This document shows, in pieces, positions 12,729 through 28,626 of a stretch of DNA of 64,000 bases. The notes beneath the pieces were generated by a model. That model made no database searches, was not told the origin of the DNA, and saw only the letters and a program-made list of their open reading frames with translations. This DNA is from the human T2T-CHM13v2.0 reference genome, Homo sapiens. Numbering within the stretch: position 1 is the stretch's first letter; each line of letters opens with the position of its first letter. Both the position numbers and the translations under genes were made by a program. The stretch is from assembly GCF_009914755.1 (NCBI RefSeq), contig NC_060930.1, one strand, 5' to 3'.

Positions 12729-14105
12729 AAGTGGCCAAAGCAACATACAGTATTGAATGCAGCACCACTAGGCTCTGAATAGACGCCTGTGGGTGATGAT
12801 GATGGCGGTAGTGATGAAGGAACGGAATCTACAGCTAGAACAGTATTTTTTTTTGAACCTGTCTGCACCAGGAATAATATTTTTAAAATCCAAAGGGATT
12901 CCAGCCTCAGATACACTTAAATTGTTCTTGACCCACATGGCCCTGCTTTCTTCTGGAATAAAGTTCTGACTAGTTGCAAAAATCCATAGCTCAGGAAGAT
13001 ATAGCAGGCATCTCATTTCCTGTGACACTGCAGAGATCACAGACTGTGTTGCTCAATGTGTCTCTAATGTTGCATATTGCCGAGCGGCTCTCTGGCTGCT
13101 GTAAGTCAGCTTCGTTTAGGTGATTCTCAGCAATCGACATGTTCTGATATAGGCCGTGGGGCTCGCTGAGGTGGAACCACCCAAAACACCAAATCTGAAG
13201 CAGTTGAGGACGTTGGATACAACACTGACAGATGATGGAGGATATTTAACACAGGCAATGAACTCTGCTTTTTACAATTCATCAAACAAATATAAGACGC
13301 ACTCTCACCAAAGTGCAATAAACTGATCTTGTCATCCAAGCAATTCTTCCCAGTCACTAGTCCAGTTTGCTTTTAAATCTCTGATTGTAAGCTTAAAATT
13401 TATCTGATGAAAAAGATAATAAACTATTTTCACACCCAATAACACACATCCCTCAACCCAATGAGGAAGACAGCCATTATCTAGTGTAATTAACAAAATA
13501 TATATAACAAAAATAAGAATGAAAAAACCTTGAATGGAATAATTTGCACATATATTCAGAGGTTCAGGACTAGGAGTATTACTGGAATTTAGATGGTTCT
13601 GGAGAGGGACATTTGGCAAAACCTTTCAAGCACTACTAGTTTGAAAGTTAAAAGCAGGCAAAAACTTGCATTATTTAGGGTTGTATATATAGGTGGTAGT
13701 GCTACAAAGAAAAGCAGGGAATGATAATTATTAAGATCAGATAGTAGTTATATCTAGACAGGCAGAGGAAGCGGCTATGGAGGAGATCACACGGAGGCTT
13801 CTGGGCTGCTGGCTCACATTGTGTGATCCAGGTGGTGGTTACAGAGGTTTTCTATAACTATGCAAATCTATAACTATACAAGTGCTATAAGCACTCTTGT
13901 GTATGCATAATATGGCTCATAATAAATTTAAGAATACATCAAACCATTTAAAATGATATATTTAAAGGTCAATTAGTATTTTATTGACTACGTTAGAATC
14001 CTCCCAGCCTCAGGAGGTGCCCACTCTGATGACAATGCAGAATGCATACATTCAAAAATTGTGCCAACTGCTGACGAGGCAGGGGGAAAGAATTCAGGCC
14101 ATTCT

Positions 14106-14190
14106 ACTATCTGTTTATCTATCTATCATCTATCTATCTATTATCAATCAATCAACCCATCCATCCATTCATCTATCCATTTATCTATCT
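14106..14190. repeat. (TCTA)n/(TCCA)n compound microsatellite
   Basis: tatctatctatcatctatctatct...ccatccatccattcatctatcc. Confidence 0.85.
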
Positions 14191-15063
14191 GCACATACAC
14201 ACTACACAAACACACACTAAAAAGAAGAAGAAATCCTAAAGACAGCTGTTTTGAGCAACTTTTGTAGCTACCTTAAGTACTGACAGACATCTTTCCACAT
14301 TTCTTTGCATAAGTAATAAATTTATAGCTAAAAATTGTTTGTGTTTGCCCTCATAAAACAAAGGTAGAATGTGCTTTTTAAGAGTTTTTGGCAGAAATGG
14401 GTGGAAAAAATTATTTTTATTCTCTCTGCTATTCAGAACATTCCCACCTTATTTTTGCTTTCTCAAATGTTATTTTATCTTTAAACACTTAATAAGATGC
14501 AGAAAAAGAAGAAGAAGAAGGGGAAAGAAGTCAGTTTGGAGAGTCGAAATTCAAGGAAAGTAAGAACTGGGCAAAGTTGTCTTGGCGTTCCTCCCAGAGA
14601 GGAAGGGAGTGATGCTGCTGGAGCTGTTTCAAACGGACGGACGGAATCACTTCATCTGTAATCCAGACACATGCATGCATCAGGCAAACATAAAATTCTG
14701 TTGTCTTCTCTGAAGTAGAATTCTATAAAGGCAGCATTTCCAAGGCCAAAAAGATGACCGAACAGACAGTGCCCTGTTGATCCAGCTAGAATGAGCTCTG
14801 CAACACCATCAATTTTGTCCTACAGCTCTTTTTCTGGTCCTTGTCCGTGTACCAGTCACTCCTTATAATGAAGTCACTTGATTGAGTGTTGTTCCTGTTG
14901 CAAGCAGGGAGAGGAAAGCTGAGAAGCCATTCAATAAATGTTATGTTTCGCCCTCCTCTCCACCAGCGTTAGAGACTGCTGTGTGTTGACAGCCCGTTTG
15001 CTTTTTCTCCTTGGCACAGGGCCAGATCCTGTTTCCTCCCCCATCCTTTCTACTCCCTGAGCG

Positions 15064-15090
15064 CACACACACACACACACACACACACAC
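15064..15090. repeat. (CA)n microsatellite inside an old MLT1-type remnant
   Basis: A pure CA run flanked by MLT1-like catgtggctgagttctgg...aagtgacatg. Confidence 0.9.
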
Positions 15091-15896
15091 GGCGTGGCTA
15101 GGCAGGGCCATGTGGCTGAGTTCTGGTACAAGGAACGTGGAAATAAGTGACATGCTCCATTTGCAGGCCTGGGATCTAAACCTGAGTCTCCAGTGTGGTG
15201 TGCTGCTTGCTCTTCCTCCGCCAGCTGGCCCCATGAAGAGGATCGAGCTGAGACACAGGGGCTGCTGTGGGTGACAGAACCAGAAGATGGCAGGATTCGG
15301 GTCTGGGTCCCTGGATAACGGAGTGGAGCAGAGGCCCCTTGGCCAACCCACACTGGACCATGACATGAAGGGAAATCAATCTTGACCCTGTTCAGCCACT
15401 GCGATTCCAGTGTTGCTTTGGTTAGAGAAGTTAGACTATTACCCTGACTTTACACCGCCTCATGCATCCAAATCAAAGGAAAACTGTCAAAATTGCTAAA
15501 TCATTCCCAAAAATAAAACAGGAAGGAGTTTAAACTCCGAAGCTTAGGAAGTTTGATTTAATTTCAATCAATTTGGAGGCAGAAGGAACTTTGAACTTGG
15601 ACTACAAGCACATCAGGAGTTAGTTTCAATGTGGCTTCAATCCTGGTGCCACCATTTTCACAGTGGCAATTATAATTATACAAGGTCCAGGAGCTAGAAA
15701 GAGAATGGACTGTCTGTTTCAGCGAGGCAGGCAAACAGACAGGCAGACACATGGAGATTGCATGTGGATAGGCTCTGGGTAGTTTAACATTTTAAAGCTT
15801 ATAATACGGATTGCCAAATTGCTTTATGGAAATATATGAATTTATATTCTTACCTCTTTTGAATGTGTGTCCATCATTTTATATTTTATGCTTTAA

Positions 15897-16196
<300 letters not shown>

Positions 16197-17229
16197 TAAG
16201 TTAGCAATTCCGTAGCAACTAATTATGTTGAATTTTTAATATGCGTGTTGGCCATTTGCATATATTCTTTTGTAACGCATCTTTTAATATATTTACCTAG
16301 TTTTCCAATGTGTTTTAGGAGTTATATTAACATGATTATTTGTATTTAGGAGAGCAATGTTCGAAAACCAAAAAATATTCCTTCATATTAGATTTTATGT
16401 TTTGCTCCCTAAGTAGGTGTCTGCAACCCAAGTTTCTTGACTCCCTAGGCATCGAGAATATCTCTGTATCTAAACAGGATCAGAACTGTCTGTCTCATGC
16501 TGCACTATGACTGACAACAACCAAGAAGCATAACGGACTATAGTTGGTGAGCTGAGATAATAGATGGAAAGGGAATTGCATTCTAAGTTAGGTGAAAACT
16601 AGAATTACATGAAAAGTGACCTGGGAGTACAACAGTAAAAACAAAAAACAAAAGGCAAAAACATAACCGATGGACTTGAATGGTACTAATGGTGAGGCTG
16701 ATGGCATTTCATAGGGAAGGTGGGAAACTACTTCCTCAGCCCCTAGAGCAACAGAAAAATCTGTGCTACCAGGGCTTATAAAGGACAAGAAGTAAGTGCA
16801 TTTTGCATAGTAGCCATCATTCTACAGTAGCACTCTCAACAAATCAACCTAAATACATGAAGCTCCACCAAGTTGGGTGAGTGCTACTCAGTTTTAAAAG
16901 GAGATGCAGAGGGTGCTTCATCATTTCAAAACAATTCCGAGCATAGACTACTAGTAATAGCTGGCAGCAAACCTTTCAGGATAATTAAAAAGATTTTACC
17001 AAAGCCCATACCTTTAGGTAAGAGTTTGTCAGAGGTTCTGGAAATAGGCTGTTTTGGCTATGTTTGTCAATCTTATTTTCAACTTCATCAAAATGTACTG
17101 AAAAACTCATGCTAGCTAGCAAGTCAAATCACTAGAGATTACATAGACATGGGCAGAGGGAGTATTTTTGCATTTATGAATGCTACAGACTCCCATTGAA
17201 AATGCCTTCTTGCTTACAGACTGCCCACC

Positions 17230-17900
17230 CCAGAGTAGTTCTTAAATATTTAAACGTGGGAACTTTAACAAACCATGATGCCTAACCTAAAAGGTTACCA
17301 TTTAATTGGTCTGAGGCATGGCCTTGGCATTGGGATCTTTAAAAACTTCCATGTAACTGAAAAGCATATCTGGGGTTGAAGACCACAGCCTAGGGAGAGG
17401 CAGGGCAGCAGAGAAGCAGGAGTACGGAGCTCTGGAGCCAATCGTATCTGGGTTAAACTCTCAGCTTTCCTCCTCCTAACTCTGTGATCCTGGTTGCTTA
17501 ATGATATCGAGCCTTTACTTCTTCCTCTGTACAAATAAGAATAATAATTTCTACCTTATAGTTGTTTTAAATATGAAATAGTGCTAATAAATTAGAAATG
17601 TTCTTTTCTTGACCTTCTTCCCATAGAACTTTCAAAGGTATGATAGTTTAACTGTTGAGGCAGGCTTATCTATTCACACAGTGATTAGGAACGCAGGCGC
17701 TAGAGCCATAACTCTCTGGCTTTGTACACCAGCATGTGCAATTTAATGAACTTCTGAGGTTCCATTCCTTCATTTATAAAAATGAGAAGAATAACAACAT
17801 CCATCCTAATAGGGTTTTCTGGAGATTCAATGGAGGTTTATGAGTAAGCACTAAGAATGGCACCATATTTATAGTAAGCGCTCATTAATCATTACTCGTT
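17230..17900. mobile_element. MER5-like DNA transposon fragment followed by MIR fragments
   Basis: ttaattggtctgaggcatggcc...gttgaagaccac (MER5-like) and MIR core motifs (ctgtgatcctgg..., tttataaaaatgag). Confidence 0.55.
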
Positions 17901-18296
17901 TTTGAATTTTAGGGAAATAAAATTTCATATCCTACCCTTAGAAAGTATAACACAATATCTGGTCAAAGAATGAGTTCACACTAGGAGAGCAGGGTTTCTA
18001 CCTGGATGGTATTTTAAGCCAGTTTTAATTATTCACCATCATAATTTTGTCAATGAAAAAGATTGGTTCATTGTTGCCTGGCCATACCTTGAAGAATGTA
18101 TAAGGTGTTTAGCTTAAGAAGTTTGAAAGAGACACAAAAAACTAGACGATGGAAACAGAAAAGAACATCTTATTACACACATCTTGATAGCAAGAGGTAT
18201 TAGATATTTATCTAGAAATGAATATATACAGACACTGTTAAGACGTTTGGTGCATGAGACCAGTGTAATTTGGAAAATGGTTTGCTAACTCTACGG

Positions 18297-18590
18297 ATAT
18301 TCTCATATATATATATTATATATATGAGAATATATATATAATATATATATACACAATATATAAGAGATATTTTATATACATATATATCTATATATGTATA
18401 TATAGATATATATGTATATGTATATATGTATATATGTATATGTATATATGATATATGTATATATGTATATATGTGTATATATGTATATGTATACGTATAT
18501 ATGTATATATGTGTATATATGTATATGTATACGTATATATGTATATATATGTATACATATATATGTATATATATATGTATGTATATCTAG
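18297..18590. repeat. (TA)n/(TATG)n AT-rich repeat, ~290 bp
   Basis: Directly visible dinucleotide and tetranucleotide array. Confidence 0.97.
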
Positions 18591-19602
18591 TTAACAGTCC
18601 CAGGGGTTTAAAAATTATTATTATGGTCTTATAACATCTGTATTCAAATTCTATTACATGATTTCCTAGGCTAAGGAGACACTAAATAATGAATTTGGGG
18701 GAAAGGACCATTTGTATGGGCTAGGGGCAGGGTGGAGAGGAGGTGAGGGCTATAGCTGCATTTATGGAAAAGCACAGAAGATCCTGGAACAGTGCCATGC
18801 ATGGGACATTTGCTTCTTCCACAGGTTGAGTGGTGACTATGCCACCCCAGCAGGAGGAGTCATTCCAATTTGTGGTGATCAAAGTCCTTTGGACCACACC
18901 AAGATAGAAATACAACCACCAAACAAATTCAAAGAACATATTTACCAATAAATCTACCCCATTTGCAGCTTCATTCACACTCCTAAGTTCAGGAAAATCA
19001 AGGAATGGATTGGAGCTATGGATTCCAGTACCAGATTAATCCATCTTTTATGATTAGATAGAAACTTTATCATTGAAAGGAACCGATGGCTTTAGGGATA
19101 AAATGTCCTTTGATTGCATAAATAAATCTTGCTTTAATTTTCTTGGAGGAATTACAATCCAAAAATAGCCAGTAGTCCCCACGGGGGCTCAAAACAATTC
19201 GCACAGGCATTTTAAGCTGGGATGGTGGAGAGGTTAATGGACCACTCTTCAGAGAAATCAGCAAGGGCCACTCCCAAGATTCCATACGTCAAAGACAACA
19301 CTGGGGTCTGACTCTGGAGGTCCAGCCATTTTATACAATTAGAATTGCTGAGGAGGTCAGCCAAGAACCTCCAGAGAAACATTCCACAGCACCAGGAGTG
19401 CACGATCAGCAACGTGCCCAAAGTGCCCATCGTGTTGTCAGGGGCTGTGCTGCATCTGACCACAGACAGGATCAGGCATGGACTCTGAAGCCTTCCCGTA
19501 GCAGTCCAGCTTCCATAAAGCTGTGCTTTCAATACATTATTTGTTTCTTTACAGAATTAACTGTCATTTCTGTTTTCCATACGTATTATTAATATATGTT
19601 AT

Positions 19603-19896
<294 letters not shown>

Positions 19897-20008
19897 AACA
19901 TATGTTATTTATAAGATTCATAGACATTGATATAACCTTTAGCTCCACCACAGAAGAAAGCTGTGCCCTGGGAGTAATATGGGTTCCATCAGCTCTTGTT
20001 CCTGATAA

Positions 20009-20408
<400 letters not shown>

Positions 20409-22429
20409 TATAAACTTTGATTTTCTATTTCTATTTTGTTATCATTTTATTTTATGTGTCTTGTTCTATGCTCCACGAATCAAGGCAAAGCCAAATAAAC
20501 CAAGAAGAGAGATCACCAGATAGATGGGTAATTGGCTGATTTATGCATTGAATTATAGGAAATCCCAATCCCAACCTACAATGAAAGAATGTCCAAATGC
20601 ATGTTTCTCTGTAAATATACACATACATGCAGACATAGACACAAACACAATATGTATATGTTTACTGGAGTGCATGCTTAAATCACAACCAAAATAACAA
20701 AAGCCAGTGTACATTGCGTGCCTACTGTCTTCAGCATGTACCCTAAAGGTACTTCATAAGGCATTATTTTAATGTGTCCACATAAAATGATGCTAATGCA
20801 TTATCCCCATTTTACCTAAGATGAAATCAAGTCACACTAAGGTGAAGAACCTTGCCCTGTATTATGTATATAGTAAGATTCAGAGCCAGCATTTGAACTA
20901 GGCTTTTCTGAGGTGCCGTATATAAACCAGGATTTGTGAAAAATGGTTCACTGGTTTATGGGGGTAATATTAGGACTTACACAGGTATTATGCAAAAAAT
21001 ATGGAAAGAATTGACCTCCACAAAGACTTAATGTACAGAATGATATGTGTACCATCTCATACCCTAGCCTGTATATTGGATGGTCATATGTCATGTATTG
21101 CAAAGGGGTTATCCCAAGGGAACAGGGAGTCCCACAACCACCACTGGAGAGTGGAGCCCTCTCTTGTCAGTCACCTTTCAGCAGAAGGTCATCTGTGCTT
21201 GGCTAAAAGAATAATGAATAACTTATCTCATTTTAATTAAATTAACCCTATTAAAACAGATAGGTGACTTAAAAATAATCCTTCAAAGAAACTATTAATT
21301 AAAGATAGAAGTAATAATCTAAACATGAGGAAAATGAGAAAACGGCAACACTGACGATGTCGGTACATACGTGAACATCAATGTGATTATAAAATAGGCT
21401 CCGAGACAGAAGCTAACGAGAGTAGGGAGCCATTATATTTAGCAAGACATTTAAAAACTAAGCAAGTAATAAACAAAATGAGTGTCTCTGTTGAGCAAAT
21501 ATTAAAGAAAATCCAGTTTGTTCTTGACAAAATAAAATCTATGACATCTGAAAGTTTCTCTTTGCATAATATAGGGAAACATTGTAATTGGATATACAGT
21601 TTTTAAAAAGGCTGAAATAACACATGCTAAACAATCTTGTGACAAACCGAACTATATTTTCTCATGAGTGAGTACTTACGGAGATACATACTAAAACATG
21701 GCTGAAGCTATGAAGAAACAGGGATGGAACCGAACCATGCCATGTGGAAGACTGACTACACAGTTGAATGGCAGTACAGTTGTTTCTAGCCTGTCTCAGC
21801 TTCTGGTTACTAGTTCATTTTTTAAAATAGCAAAACACACAAATATGTAACTTTAGCACTTGTAGTTATTAAACATTAAGGAAAAGAGGTGCCAGGGAAT
21901 ATAAGTTCTCAATAGCAACTGGTATTTTAAAAAATAAAAGCAAATTTCTATGAGTATTATATTTAAGTAACCAGTGATGAGGTGGCCACATTCACAAAAA
22001 ATGTGTAGAAGGATTCCAAAGAAACTTTGCAACGCAACATCTTTCCATCCATTCATCCCTGCCTCACTCCCTATTAAAACCAAGAAGTTGAACCCAAGAG
22101 TGCATAAGATTCTGAGGATGGCATTGGCATACTGAATTTAAAAATAAAAGTCTAAAAGGTGTTTAAAACACAATTAATATTTAGTAGAATCCATATAATG
22201 CATTTTAACAACATAGAGCTTGACCACGCAAAATTCTTTTCAAGGAGGTTGTTAGTTATCTCGTGGCAAAGAACCACCGAAATTAAAGTTAATTTACGCA
22301 CATTCTTTACAAGTGACCCAACTTTGCTAATCTTTTCTGTATCTACAAGGGGCTGTCAACAGTGTGCTATACAGAAAATATTTTTGAAAATAATATATGT
22401 AACCTGTCCCTGAAAGAAAAGGTGATGTT

Positions 22430-24230
<1,801 letters not shown>

Positions 24231-24789
24231 TTAAAAGAAAATGGGTTCAAAATGAACTGATAACTAAAAAGATAGAGTGTGAAGGGAAGACTTGAAAATG
24301 TGTGTTTAGAAATGTTTCTATTGTTTGTGGCTTTGTGAAGGCAGAAGGCTTACCAAAACAAAATTGTCACATTAAAAGCATTACAGAGTTTTCCAATCTG
24401 TAAATAATAAACTTCACTAGATTTTGGATGCTTTTGTTAAAAAGAAAGGCACAATAACTTTCAACAAGTTTTCCTTAACAATATGTTAACATATATTATG
24501 TGAATCTTAGTTTTAAAAATCATTGCATTATTGGTAGATATGCTTAAAAGTGAGTATCATAATTTACAAAGTCAACAAAGCAATTAATTTATTCCATTTG
24601 GATCTTTTTATCATTTGGAGGTATATTTTTCAGCTATAATTGACATTAAAACTAAATCTTGAAATAAATTGAACTTAAAACCTCACCATTGAGTCAAGGT
24701 ATCCCATAGTTTCAAATTAAGTTTTGAAGAATTAATGAAACATATTTAGTCACATTGCAGTCATTTATACATAGAGAGAGATAGGAACT

Positions 24790-25930
24790 TTTACTTCACT
24801 CCAGGTACATAAATTACCTCAAACTAGATTAATGACCTAAATACAAGAGGTAAGCTATTGGTAGAAAATATGGAAGCAAATCATCATGATCTCAGATATG
24901 GCAATGAAGTCTTTTGTTTGACACAAAAAGTATTAGCAACAACAACAAAAACAGATAAATTGCATTTCATCAAAACTAGAAACTTTTGTTCACCAAAGGA
25001 CGTTATGAAGAAAGTGAAAAGACAACCTATAGAATGGGAGAAATATGTGCATATCCTATATCTGGTAAGGATCCAGTATCCAGAATATATAAAGAACTCT
25101 TACAACTCAACAACAAAAACATAACTCAATTTAAAAATGAGCAAAGAAAGGACTTGAACTGACATTCTTATAAGGAAGAGATATGAATTAAGATAATCAA
25201 CATCACAGTCATTAGAGAAATGAAAATCAAATCCACAATAAGACACCACTTCACACTTACTAGGATGACTAGTTAGAAACAGTAACAAGTGACGACAAGA
25301 ATGTGGAGAGAGAGAAACCTGGGACATTGCTACACTGCTGGTGGCAATATAAAACGGTACAGCAGATGTGGAACACAGTGGGCAGTTCTCCTAAAGGTTA
25401 AACTTCGAATTCTGCTTCTCGGTATATATCCAAGGTAAATGAAAGCAAATGTTCATACAGAAACTTATATATGAATGTTTACAACGGCATTATTCATAAT
25501 AGCCAAAAAGACGGAAACAACACAAATGCCCATCAGCAGATGAATGGACACACAAATTGTGGGGTATCCACACAGTGGAATATTATTCAGCCACAAAGAG
25601 GAAAGAAATATTCATACACGCTACAACTTGAATAAACCTCAAATACACTATGCTAAGTGAAATAAGGCAGACACGAAAGGTCACCTATTGTACGATTTCT
25701 TTTATAGGAAATACCTACAATAGGCAAATCCATAGAGAAAGAAAGTGATTGGTGGTGGCCAGGGCTAGGACAGGGGGTCACAGGCAGTGATTAGCTGGGT
25801 AGGAGGTGTTCAGAAAGTTTTGAAGCCAGGCAGAGGTAGTGGTTGTGCAACATTGTGAATGCACAAAATGCCACTGAATTGTACACTTGTAAATGGTTAA
25901 TTGGTTACATGAATTTCACTTCCATTAAAA
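24790..25930 (+). mobile_element. L1MB-like 3' portion
   Basis: Degenerate ORF2 (KTDKLHFIKTRNFCSPKDVMKKVKRQPIEWEK) and 3' end aatgccactgaattgtacacttgtaaatgg. Confidence 0.8.
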
Positions 25931-26409
25931 TGTATATATGTAATAACAGTATAGTACAAGTAAAGGGTGCTTTGTAATGTGAAAAGATAAAATATTAAGT
26001 AGTTCAGGTTTATCTCATTCTGCTTTCTTTTTCACATATGTTATTTTATATATATTGGGTATGTGTTCAACATTTTGAGTGATAGAGGTATACGATTTAA
26101 AAATTAGGTAATACTGCTCTAGTTCCACGGTAACAAATCTAGAACATGGAGAGTGACTCTAACCCACAGAAAAACTTAGTATACCTTGGCTGAATAATAT
26201 TGACAAACTTATTCTCAATGCCTTTATGCAAATAATGCATTTTCCAGTTCAACACAATTCCTTCATTCCCCAGAACTTTTATCTTTTGCGATCCAAACAT
26301 TAATGTTTCATATCCAGCAATGATCAAATTTAAATTCTTCTGCTAGGGTTTACGTATATCTAAGCCAGTTTTACATCAATAATTGTTCTTCTGTTCTTCA
26401 TTAGCATTA

Positions 26410-26637
<228 letters not shown>

Positions 26638-27202
26638 TTAGACCAATTTCTGTAATCCTGGAGGGTTGTGTAGACTGTGCTCTGTGCAAAGACCGGAGCT
26701 GCTAAGCATTAAGCTCATGTATACCAACACAACATCTTAAAAATTGGAGGCACTCAATGAACTACATAGAAAACTGATTCTCCTAATTTTACATTTTTTA
26801 TGTTAACACATTTATCAATCTTTTGATTAAACCTGAGCTAAAATATAATCTCTTTCTGGAAGTCTTCCCTGACTCAGAATTCCCAATTAACCTATCAAAT
26901 CATCCCATCTGCTTGTATATATTTCTATTGATCCGTTATTACACCACAGTATTCATATCTTCTCCTTTCTCATAGACTGTGATCTCCTGGAAAGTAGTTC
27001 CTATGTTTATTTTGCTATTCCCATAGTACCAGGCATTGTAAAGTTTTAAATGAATGTTTTAAAAATTTAAATCTTTAAAACATTTTAAATATTTTTTTCC
27101 TCCAAAGTATTTTAAGGGAATCAAAAAAATTTAGGACTTGTATATAGTGATTTACTAGTAATCCCATAAACATAATTAGAGAAAATTCAACAGTGAAATA
27201 AC

Positions 27203-27961
27203 AGATTTTCAAAATTCTGCTATCCCACTTATTTTAAAGCAATATGTAATACAAAACAAAGAAAATAAAATTCCTTGGTAATTTAATTATAACTATGTTA
27301 TAACAATAGAATCTGAATTTCCCCACTATCAAAAGAAAAATTACTATTGCATCAAAGTAAAAACGTTAAACATTTTCTCACATTTTATTGGCAAATAAAA
27401 AAGTAGAATTTAGGGATAAAAGGTTATCCAACAGGGATTCTTCTACTGCAAGATTTTGTCTATTGTGCCATCTCGAAACCATCCAAATATTCAGTTTCTC
27501 AGAGTATGGTTATGGGATTACTAATTAATCAATATATATAAATCCTAATTTTTTTTATCCCTTTAAAATACTCTGTAGAAAAAAAAAATCTTAAAAGCCA
27601 TGTATTTTTACTGGAAAACGAACCACACAAGTTTATGTCAAACAGGAGACAAGCTCAATACATGAATTTGAAATCAGCCCCAAGGCGATTTTAATAGTAA
27701 GAAAGTTATTGGAGTCTATTTAGATAAGCCTATTTCCTATGTAATTGTAACAAAATACAAAATAAACATGTTCATTTTATACCCAATCTTTAACGCCTAT
27801 AAGAGCTCTTCAAAAGCCCTTTTTCTAGAGAAATGAATAATACTAATAATATAAAAGATAATTTCTTAACACCTAAAAGATTTTCAAAATTCTGTTATCC
27901 CACTTACTTCAAAGCAATATGTAATACAAACAAAGAAAATACAATTCCTTGGTATTTTAAT
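27203..27961. repeat. Dispersed direct duplication of ~85 bp (27203-27287 and 27878-27961)
   Basis: agattttcaaaattctg.tatcccactta.tt.aaagcaatatgtaatacaaa(a)caaagaaaata.aattccttggta.tttaat occurs twice; 5 substitutions and 1 indel. Confidence 0.92.
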
Positions 27962-28332
27962 GCCATGGATGTGTAAGTAATCGGTCAACTTAATCTGAGC
28001 AAGGGCGCACCTAAAGGTGCGGCTTCTCCTTTCCCCTCTTGGAACCTATCCAAGTCCTTCATAATGCTTTCCTATTTCTAACCAAACAGTCACTCGCATA
28101 CACATGCTCAAGCACACACATACTTTTTTCACTTTGCGACCCTATGAAGCTGCTGTATTCTACCTTTTTCTCTCACAGCTGTTATGTGAAAAATATTCTC
28201 CATCTTGCTTTCAGCAACATGGTAGACTAAAACCTTTATAGACCTCCCAATCTGCTACTAATTCATGGAGAAAATATTAGAACATTTATGAAAATGTGCC
28301 TGTATATAACAAAGTTAAAAAGAAAGCTTAGA

Positions 28333-28626
28333 GGCCAGGCGTGGTGGCTCACGCCTGTAATCCCAGCACTTTGGGAGGCTGAGGCAGGCGGATCACGAGG
28401 TCAGGAGATGGAGATCATCCTGGCTAACACAGCGAAAGCCCGTCTCTACCAAAAATACAAAAAATTAGCCCGGCGTGGTGGCGGGCGCCTGTAATCCCAG
28501 CTACTCAGGAGGCTGAGGCAGGTGAATGGCATGAACGCGGGAGCTTGCAGTGAGCCGAGATCGCACCACTGCACTCCAGCCTGGGCTACAGAGTGAGGCT
28601 CTGCCTCAAAAACAAACAAACAAAAA
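28333..28626 (+). mobile_element. AluY-like
   Basis: Full-length Alu; TSD aaagcttaga. Confidence 0.93.

Noticed and set aside
12749-12858. Possible 110-nt cryptic exon (GSKKNTVLAVDSVPSSLPP...)
   Set aside because: Poor polypyrimidine tract, weak donor context (ACT|gtatgt) and no homology.
21680-21707. Possible 28-nt micro-exon (tgtttcttcatag|...TCC|gtaagt) with an in-frame stop
   Set aside because: Very short, non-consensus exonic donor positions; such matches are expected by chance in a very large intron.
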